The notes below the pieces were generated by a model. It was given only the letters and a program-made list of their open reading frames with translations, did no database searches and had not been told where the DNA came from. Of a DNA stretch of 64,000 nucleotides, positions 57,192 through 64,000 are shown one piece after another. Within the stretch, counting starts at the first letter, position 1. Each line of letters starts with the position of its first letter. A program made the position numbers and the translations under genes. Source of the DNA: Planctomycetota bacterium (lineage in GTDB: Bacteria; Planctomycetota; JAJSAM01; JAJVHW01); NCBI GenBank assembly GCA_965248445.1, contig CBDFJG010000004.1, forward strand, positions 928,001 through 992,000, given 5' to 3'.

Positions 57192-60100
57192 TCACTTGAT
57201 CTCGTCGTGCGCGCGGCAGACGGCCGCATGCACGGGATTGCCGCGGAGCAGCGAGTCGCGGTACTCGGTCGGCGTCACGCCGGCCAGCTGCGTGAGCAGT
57301 GCGTGCGCAGCGTGAAGGTGAGTCGCGTCCCTGCACGCCTTGTACATCACGTAGTGCGCCTCGATGCGGGACGGGATGCCGAGACGCTCGGTGTACTCGC
57401 GGAAACGCGCCTCGGCCTCATCCGTCGTGCGGTCTCCCGCGGCGACGAGCAGCGCCGTGGCGAGGATCACGCTGTCCGCGCGCTCGGCCGTCGCGCCGAG
57501 CTCGAGCGCCGCGCGCAACTCCTTGACGGCCGACTCGCGGTCACCCGACTCGAGGGCGATGCGGCCGAGCAGCACGCGCGCCTGACACTCGAACGCCGCG
57601 TTGTTGGACTTGTGGAACATCTCGACAGCGCGCGCGAGGAGCGCATGCGCCGCGTCACGCTCGCCGAGGTCGAGCCGGACGCGAGCGATCTCGATGATGC
57701 TCATCCCCGTGATCCATGCGTCCCCGATCTTGGCACCGAGGTTCTGCGCCGCCTCGGCCTCGACGGCCGCGAGGTCCGCCCGGCCGAGCAGGCGGAACAG
57801 CGATGAGTGCGTCGTGTGCGCGATCGCGGAGCGCGGCGGAAGATCGACCTCCACGGCCAGAGCGGTTGCCGAGTCCGCAAACTCGATCGCCTCGGGGATG
57901 TGGCCGAGCGACGCGTGCACCATGGACAGGTTCACCCGGCCGGTCAGTTCGCGCGCGCGGTCGCCCAGCTCGCGCGCGAGTTGGAGCTGGCGCGCGAAGT
58001 ACGGGAGCGACCGGGCGCACTGTCCGGACTCGAACAGCGCCGCGGCGACGTTGCTCGTGGCGATACACAGTCGATCCCGGGCGCCGACGCGCTGCAGGAC
58101 CTCCATTTGCTTGCGCAGGTGAGGGAGCGCCTCGAGCGGCCGGCCCAACTCGAGAATGCCGACCGCGATCAGTCCGAGGCAGTCCGCAACCTTGACCGGC
58201 CGCTCGACCTCGCGGGCGATCTGCATGGCCTGCCGCGAGAACTCGATGCACTTCTGTGGGTCCCCCAGCCGCAGGCGTGCGCGACCGAGCGCCAACAGCG
58301 AGTCCGGAATGGCCGGGCGCTCGTCCGCATCGATGCAGATCGTTGATCCGGTCTTGAAGTGGCCGAGAGCCTCCGCGGACTGGCCGCGATACATGCACGC
58401 ATCGCCGAGCAGCTGGTGCGCGAACGCCTTGATCCCGGCGCGCGTGTCGTCGTCGTAGCTCTCGATCGCGAACTCGGCCGCGGCGACGGCATCGTCAACC
58501 GCGCCGATCGTGAGGGAGAGCGACGCGAGCTCGCAGTAGCACTGCGACAGCAGTTGCGCTGACTCGCAGCTTCCCGCCAAGTCGATCGCCTGCTTCACCG
58601 AGCTGATCGCCTCGTCCAGGCGCCCGAGACTGCGCAGCAGCACGCCGGACTGGCGCAGGGCGTTCGCGTGGGCATACCCCTCCCGGACGGCCTCGCGGTC
58701 GAGCATGAGTGTCGAGAGTTCGTGCGCATCGGCGTACCGGTGGGCTTTCTCGAGACGGTCGCACACCATCGGCGCGAGGTCCGCGACGGTCGCCGGGTCC
58801 GGTCCTCGCAGCGCGTGACGGACCAGCATGACGGCGACGTCGGGCGCGATGTCGTCCGGAGCATCCAGTGAGGCGCCGTGCGCGGCGCAGACGTACTGTG
58901 CAGCCAGGGCGTGGTACTCCTCGAGCAGCGCCTCGTGCAGATCCGCGTAGACGACTTCGTGGATCTGGTGGTGATCGAAGCGAAACAGCCGCCCGCTCGG
59001 TCGGACGACCTGCGTCTGCCGGGCGATGCCCGCCAGCCGCTGCAGCACGTGGATGCGCGGCACACCGAACGACTGCGCGAGAGCGTCGGCGTCGAACTCG
59101 AAGCCCAGCACCGCCGCCAGGTCCAGGAGGTTGCGGTCTTCCGGCTCGAGATCGGTGAGCCGCGTCTCGATGAGCGCACGGACCGCGGTCGGCACGCCAA
59201 TCTTGTCGACCCGGGTCGTCTCCTCGAGTGAACCGTCCGGCAGGCGCTCGACGTTGTCGTTCTCTTCGAGCGCGCGGATCATCTCGACGGCGAAGAACGG
59301 GACGCCGTCGGACTTGAACGCGATCTCCGCACCGATGCGGTCGGCCATCACGTGGTTGCCGAGCGCGTCGCGCACGAGTTCGATGATCGCGCGAGGCGAG
59401 AGTCGCGAGAGGTTCACGCGCTCGAGGTGGTCGAGCAACTGGAGCTTCCCGCTGAACATCTCCGTCGTGCTCGTGCGGGCGGTGGTCACGAGCAGGATGG
59501 GGGAGTCGGCCACGGCGCGCGCCAGCGCGAGAATCTGGCGGTGCGCGTCCGCGTTCGCGAAGTGCAGATCGTCGATGATCCAGAGCAGCGGCGCCTCGTT
59601 CGCAAGTCCGCGCATCAGTTCGACGAGCAGTCCTTCGAGCACGGTGCCGGCGTCCGATGTCGCTCCGGAGTTGCGGTGACTCTGCTTCAGGTGCTCGACC
59701 AGCATCGGAGCGAGGTCGTCTGACGCGATCAGAGTGGACAGTCGCTGTTCGAGGTCCGCCGTGCCGAGGTGTGCGACGAGAGAGTCCACGATCGCGTCCC
59801 GCGGGCTGCCGGGTGGGAACGACCCGTAGAGCACCTGTGCATCCGGCTCCTCGATCGAGAGTGCGAGGGAGTCCACGAGGCGCGTCTTGCCCACTCCCGG
59901 CTCGCCGGTCAGCTCGACGACCGCGCCGCGACCCTTGACGGCCCGGGACCAGAGCTTCTTGAGGCCGCCGAACTCCTCTTCGCGGCCACAGAGCTCGGCG
60001 TCGCGGCGGATCGGGATGCGCTGCGCGAACCGCCCGGCGCTCCGCACGATGCTCTCGCGGGCGGCCCACCAGTCCGAGTCCTCGCCCTCGCGGAGCACTC

Positions 60101-61058
60101 CGAGAAGCACGTCTGCAGAAACGAACCGGTCCTCCGGCTCCTTCTGCATGAGGGTGTCGATGACCTCTGCCAGGAACGGCGAGACGTCTTCGCATACGCT
60201 GTCGGCCCGGCGCGGCCGCTCGGCCATGTGCGCGCGGACGACGGACGCGAGATCGCTGCTCCGGAACGGAAGCCGTCCAGTCACGAGCTGGTAGAGCGAG
60301 ACGCCCAACGAGTAGAGGTCCGACGAGTAGTCCGTCGTGCCGCCGCCGAAACGCTCGGGCGCGGCGTACGCGACCGACCCTGTGAACTGGCCGATGCGCG
60401 TGATCTCCTCGTCGTCGCCGGAGAGCCGCGCGATGCCGAGGTCCATGATCCGGACGCGCTGTCCGTGGGTGACGAGGATGTTCGACGGCTTGATGTCGCG
60501 GTGCACCACGTTCGCGGTGTGGATCGCGGAGAGTCCTTCGGCGACCTGGATCGCGATCTCGTGCACCAGCGCCTCGGGGAGGCGGGTGAGCCGGACGAGC
60601 ATCTCCTTGAGCGTCGTCCCCTCGACGAGCTCCATGACCAGGTACGTCACCTGCCGGTCGTTCAGCTTGAGTGTGCCGAGGTCGAGAGCGCGCACCACGG
60701 CCTCGTGCATGATCTCGCCGCCGAGGACCGCCTCGCGCAGGAACCGCTCGCGGTACTCGGCGCTGCCGTGCAGTTCGTGGTGCAGCACCTTGATCGCGAC
60801 ACGCGTGCCGACCGGCACGTTCGCCGACTCGTCCACCGCGCGTCCGACGTAGACCGATCCCATGCCGCCGGACCCCAGGTGGCTGAGCACGGAGTACGCA
60901 CCGAAGCGTGCGCCCGCGAGGTCGAGTTCTTCGCCCGTCCGCTCCGGCCGCGCGGACCGGGCGCCCCGCGGTCCGTCGCCCTTGCGGCGACCGCGGGGCG
61001 GTGAATCGGCGGCTGCCGCTTCGTCGTGCTCGGTCGTGGGATCGGTGGGTTCGGTCAT
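57192..61058 (-). CDS. Ser/Thr protein kinase + STAND-type AAA ATPase + TPR repeats (paralog of 14039..17770)
   Basis: LGSGGMG, VAIK, HRDIKPSN, DLG, YAAPE; GEPGVGKT, WIIDDLH, GVPFF, FDHHQIHE; TPRs. Confidence 0.92.
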   Translation of the reverse strand: MTEPTDPTTEHDEAAAADSPPRGRRKGDGPRGARSARPERTGEELDLAGARFGAYSVLSHLGSGGMGSVYVGRAVDESANVPVGTRVAIKVLHHELHGSAEYRERFLREAVLGGEIMHEAVVRALDLGTLKLNDRQVTYLVMELVEGTTLKEMLVRLTRLPEALVHEIAIQVAEGLSAIHTANVVHRDIKPSNILVTHGQRVRIMDLGIARLSGDDEEITRIGQFTGSVAYAAPERFGGGTTDYSSDLYSLGVSLYQLVTGRLPFRSSDLASVVRAHMAERPRRADSVCEDVSPFLAEVIDTLMQKEPEDRFVSADVLLGVLREGEDSDWWAARESIVRSAGRFAQRIPIRRDAELCGREEEFGGLKKLWSRAVKGRGAVVELTGEPGVGKTRLVDSLALSIEEPDAQVLYGSFPPGSPRDAIVDSLVAHLGTADLEQRLSTLIASDDLAPMLVEHLKQSHRNSGATSDAGTVLEGLLVELMRGLANEAPLLWIIDDLHFANADAHRQILALARAVADSPILLVTTARTSTTEMFSGKLQLLDHLERVNLSRLSPRAIIELVRDALGNHVMADRIGAEIAFKSDGVPFFAVEMIRALEENDNVERLPDGSLEETTRVDKIGVPTAVRALIETRLTDLEPEDRNLLDLAAVLGFEFDADALAQSFGVPRIHVLQRLAGIARQTQVVRPSGRLFRFDHHQIHEVVYADLHEALLEEYHALAAQYVCAAHGASLDAPDDIAPDVAVMLVRHALRGPDPATVADLAPMVCDRLEKAHRYADAHELSTLMLDREAVREGYAHANALRQSGVLLRSLGRLDEAISSVKQAIDLAGSCESAQLLSQCYCELASLSLTIGAVDDAVAAAEFAIESYDDDTRAGIKAFAHQLLGDACMYRGQSAEALGHFKTGSTICIDADERPAIPDSLLALGRARLRLGDPQKCIEFSRQAMQIAREVERPVKVADCLGLIAVGILELGRPLEALPHLRKQMEVLQRVGARDRLCIATSNVAAALFESGQCARSLPYFARQLQLARELGDRARELTGRVNLSMVHASLGHIPEAIEFADSATALAVEVDLPPRSAIAHTTHSSLFRLLGRADLAAVEAEAAQNLGAKIGDAWITGMSIIEIARVRLDLGERDAAHALLARAVEMFHKSNNAAFECQARVLLGRIALESGDRESAVKELRAALELGATAERADSVILATALLVAAGDRTTDEAEARFREYTERLGIPSRIEAHYVMYKACRDATHLHAAHALLTQLAGVTPTEYRDSLLRGNPVHAAVCRAHDEIK

Positions 61059-61354
61059 GGCACGCGGCACCGCGCCCGCACGCGGGGCGCGCGCGGACTG
61101 CCATGGGAACCATCGGGAACTGGGCCGTTCGGACGTGAGTTCAGGCTCCGGTCAGGCTCATCTGATTGCCCTGCGAGAGAGCCTGGTCGCAACGCGAGAG
61201 ATTCGTCCGTGAACCGTCGATCGGTGCGCCCCCTTGACCGGCTCGCATCGGGGAACCTATCGTCTGTAGTTGGCGGTGGATCCAGCCCCCGAGGCTCGTC
61301 GCGCAGGGCGGCGCGACCCGGGCAGCGGAGTCCGCAAGATGGAGGGTGGTAGAT

Positions 61355-61666
61355 ATGAGTTGGAAGACAACGACCGTTCCGGGTCTCTGGACGGACCCGC
61401 AGCACCAGCACCCGATGACGGTGGAGCAGGCGCTCACACACGTGAAAACGCAGTGCGAGCAGGTTCAGCCGTCGAGCACTCAGCTCGTGCCGAACCCGGC
61501 AACCACGGCGGCTCAGCTCTCGGGTAATGCGTTCACCGCGGAGAACCACACGCTGGCGCCGGCGCACACAACGACCGCGCTCACCAACGTCAAGAAGGCG
61601 TACGACAACACCGGCAGCGACTGGGGCAAGGTCAAAGCGGGTCTCGACTCGATCATCGGCAGCTAG
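61355..61666 (+). CDS. Small Thr/Gln-rich hypothetical protein
   Basis: GGAGG RBS region, ATG 61355, good GC3; its TAG is part of the IS target CTAG. Confidence 0.7.
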   Translation: MSWKTTTVPGLWTDPQHQHPMTVEQALTHVKTQCEQVQPSSTQLVPNPATTAAQLSGNAFTAENHTLAPAHTTTALTNVKKAYDNTGSDWGKVKAGLDSIIGS

Positions 61667-63335
61667 CCCGAATCGTTCACCAGCCGGGAATCTGAGCGGG
61701 CCGTCGTCTGTCTAAGTGCTCGTACTCGCTAGTACTTGCACCGACAGGAGCGCCGGCCCGATGACGACAGACTGTAGCCCGCAGGGGACCCTCTTCGCGG
61801 GCATCTGTGGACGCACCGCGGTGACGCGCTTCGACGCCGGTACCGTGACGAGCGACGGGGGCGTGCTGCTGCTCGAGCGGGTCGATCGTCGCATCGATCT
61901 GCTCTCGCGGTTTGCGCGCTGCTTCGGGGACCACCGGGACCCGCGTCGGGTCGAGCACACGGTCGGCCAGATGCTGCGTCAGCGGGTCTTCGGGCTGTGC
62001 GCGGGCTACGAGGATCTGGTGGACCACGACCATGTCGGCAAGGACCCGCTGTTTGCCGCGGCGTGCGGCAAGCGCGAGGGTGCTCTGGCCACGCACCCGA
62101 CGCTCTCGCGGCTCGAGACCACGCAGCTCGGCGCCACGGCACAGACGCGCTACGCCAAGATCGAGATGGACCAGGAGCGCGTGGACAGCGTGCTCAGCGA
62201 CGTCTTCTGCGAGGCCATGGGGCCGGAGGATCCGGGCCTGCTCGTGCTGGACCTGGACCACTCCGACGTGCGGCTGCACGGCCGGCAGGAGGGCCGCTTC
62301 TTCCACGGCTACTACGGGCACTACTGCTACCTGCCGCTGTACGTCTTCTGCGGCGAGCACCTCTTGCTCGCTCGGCTCCAGACCGCTGACAGAGATCCCG
62401 CGCGCGGAGTCGTGGACGAGCTCCGTGCGCTGGTCTTACGTCTGCGGCGCCGCTGGCCCCGGGCCAAGGTGCTCGTGCGCGCAGACTCGGGCTTTTGCCG
62501 CGAGGAGCTGATGGCCTGGTGCGAGGCCGCCGGCCACTTCTACCTGCTGGGCATGGCGCGCAATGAGCGCCTTGAGCGACACGTCGAAGACGCGCTCGAT
62601 GAGGCCGCAGCCCGTGCCGTGCAGACCGGCCGAGCAGCCCGGGTCTTTCGCGACTTTGCCTGGACCACGCTGGGGAGCTGGAGCCAGAGGCGTCGCGTGG
62701 TCGCCAAGGCCGAGCACCTGCCGGGCGGCAAGCGCAATCCCCGCTTCGTGGTGACCAATCTGCCGCCTCGTAGCTGGAGCAGCAAGCGTCTCTACGAGCA
62801 GCTCTACTGCGCCCGGGGCGAGGCGGAGAATCGCATCAAGGAGCAGCAGCTCGAGCTCTTCGGCACCCGTCTGTCGGTGCACACGATGCAGGGCAACGCC
62901 GTGCGGATGGCCATGTCGGCCATGGCCTACGTCCTGACCTGTGCGCTGCGACGCATCGGTCTCGCCGGCACCGAGATGGCGCGTGCGCAAGCCGGCACGA
63001 TCCGCCTGCGGCTGCTCAAGATCGGCGCGCTCGTGCGGATCACGACGCGCCGGATCTGGGTCTCGATGTCCTCGTCGTGGCCCTGGCAGCACGTCTTCGA
63101 GCGCTGCGCGCAACGACTGCTGGCATCCCCGAAGCCGACCTGACGTCCCGCCGCGCCGTCCGCCACACCACCGCCCGGCCTACGGTCTGCCCACACCGCA
63201 GAATCCGCGCCGTTTCGGCCGCTCACTCGCGTTGCCCTTGTGGCAACGACGACAGCATCCGCCCTCGCCTGGCCAAGATCTGACCCTGTGGACTCCGAAA
63301 GCACCGTCATCGCGACGTCTCGTGAACAGATGCGG
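61667..63335 (+). mobile_element. IS1380-family insertion sequence (copy B) with CTAG target duplication
   Basis: Left end CCCGAATCGTTCACC vs reverse-complemented right end CCGCATCTGTTCACG; CTAG at 61663-61666 and 63336-63339. Confidence 0.88.
61761..63143 (+). CDS. IS1380 family DDE transposase
   Basis: FDAGTVTSDGG, TLSRLE, LDLD..LHGRQEGRFFHGYY..YCYLP, RADSGF, YCARGEAENRIKEQQ. Confidence 0.95.
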   Translation: MTTDCSPQGTLFAGICGRTAVTRFDAGTVTSDGGVLLLERVDRRIDLLSRFARCFGDHRDPRRVEHTVGQMLRQRVFGLCAGYEDLVDHDHVGKDPLFAAACGKREGALATHPTLSRLETTQLGATAQTRYAKIEMDQERVDSVLSDVFCEAMGPEDPGLLVLDLDHSDVRLHGRQEGRFFHGYYGHYCYLPLYVFCGEHLLLARLQTADRDPARGVVDELRALVLRLRRRWPRAKVLVRADSGFCREELMAWCEAAGHFYLLGMARNERLERHVEDALDEAAARAVQTGRAARVFRDFAWTTLGSWSQRRRVVAKAEHLPGGKRNPRFVVTNLPPRSWSSKRLYEQLYCARGEAENRIKEQQLELFGTRLSVHTMQGNAVRMAMSAMAYVLTCALRRIGLAGTEMARAQAGTIRLRLLKIGALVRITTRRIWVSMSSSWPWQHVFERCAQRLLASPKPT

Positions 63336-63413
63336 CTAGCTGCACACACGCGGCTTCGGCGAGTCCACCAAGCGGCCCGCGCGCACATGGCGCGGGCCGC
63401 TTCTCGTTGGCGT

Positions 63414-64000
63414 CTACGGAGACCAGGCCTGCTGGAGCGTCTCCCGCAGTCGTGCGTCGTCGATCTCTGCAGCCAGCCGTCGCAGTAGCGTGGCCCTGCG
63501 ATCTCGGCGTACGGACGACGGATCGATCGAATCCAGATAGCGCAGCACGCCCAACTCAAGCCACACATGGCCCAAGAGCGCCGCCGCGGATCTGGCTGCA
63601 TTCGACGCGCGACCGGCATCCTCGAGGTCATCGTCGCGGCGATGAGCCTCCGCCCGCATCCAGTGCGCGACGATTCGGAGTTCCGCGCGAAGATCGCCGA
63701 CACTGTCGGCCGAGAGCGTGTCCGCAGCCGCGTGCAGATCGGCTGACGGACCCTTCGGATCGACGAAGGCCAGAGCGCCCGCCAGAGCTCGACTTAGAAG
63801 CACACGGACGCCCTCGTCGAGATCCGTTGCCGCCTCGAGAAGTGCCCGCATCCGCGCCCAAGCCGCGACACCCACGCCCAGTGGCGCGAGCAGAAGCAAC
63901 TCGAGCGCGAGCGCCTCCGGACTGTCACCCATGGCCGCGTTGGTCTCGAGTGCCCGCAGTATCTCGTGCTCCGCACCGGCCAGATCACCGGTGTAGGCAT
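63414..64000 (-). CDS. 3' end of a helical/TPR-like protein; 5' end outside the window
   Basis: Frame open to the window edge (...AYTGDLAGAEHEILRALETNAAMGD...); the C-terminus resembles STAND-TPR tails. Confidence 0.65.
   Translation of the reverse strand, partial: AYTGDLAGAEHEILRALETNAAMGDSPEALALELLLLAPLGVGVAAWARMRALLEAATDLDEGVRVLLSRALAGALAFVDPKGPSADLHAAADTLSADSVGDLRAELRIVAHWMRAEAHRRDDDLEDAGRASNAARSAAALLGHVWLELGVLRYLDSIDPSSVRRDRRATLLRRLAAEIDDARLRETLQQAWSP

Noticed and set aside
2392..61113. Many long alternative ORFs (e.g. 2392..4314 +, 11287..13251 -, 43966..46377 -, 58495..61113 -)
   Set aside because: Antisense or frame-shifted shadows of real genes; stop codons are scarce in high-GC DNA and the translations are Arg/Pro-rich without motifs.
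61080..61280. ECF sigma promoters (several GGAAC)
   Set aside because: Spacing to a CGT/GTT -10 element is not convincing.
36901..63335. Composite transposon bounded by the two IS1380 elements
   Set aside because: The elements differ in sequence and inverted repeats, and each has its own CTAG duplication, so they are independent insertions.
1..64000. tRNA, rRNA, CRISPR arrays, prophage genes
   Set aside because: None recognised by eye; intergenic gaps are short. A covariance-model scan would be needed to exclude small RNAs.

Overview
High-GC bacterial chromosomal window of about 57 densely packed genes, with no rRNA, tRNA or CRISPR array recognised. The gene content suggests a Planctomycetota-like lineage (inference only): multiheme lipoproteins, kinase-STAND-TPR proteins, a serpin and many secreted proteins. 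Recognisable modules are a tupABC tungstate transporter; a PhnCDE-like (putative selenate-type) ABC transporter with a possibly structured leader; a class IV aminotransferase + sulfotransferase-like pair; a sirtuin-Mre11/SbcD-Rad50/SbcC-like cluster; a class I HMG-CoA reductase; tpx; and two distinct IS1380 elements, each flanked by a CTAG duplication (one splits a gene, one sits on a stop codon). The best candidate for an undescribed system is a tandem pair of MauG/BthA-type di-heme enzymes (44134-48223) with a rewired distal pocket and a shared extra C-terminal domain, next to an HMA lipoprotein and a membrane-anchored TPR protein. Other leads: a zinc-less sirtuin beside Mre11/Rad50, a disordered protein carrying an orphan ParB-type LGRGL motif, basic C-terminal domains on acidic secreted proteins, a bacterial protein resembling the plant XLG/EDR4 domain, long G homopolymers (one frameshifting a surface protein) and pervasive leaderless promoters. 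All family calls come from motif recognition by eye; no database searches were run.
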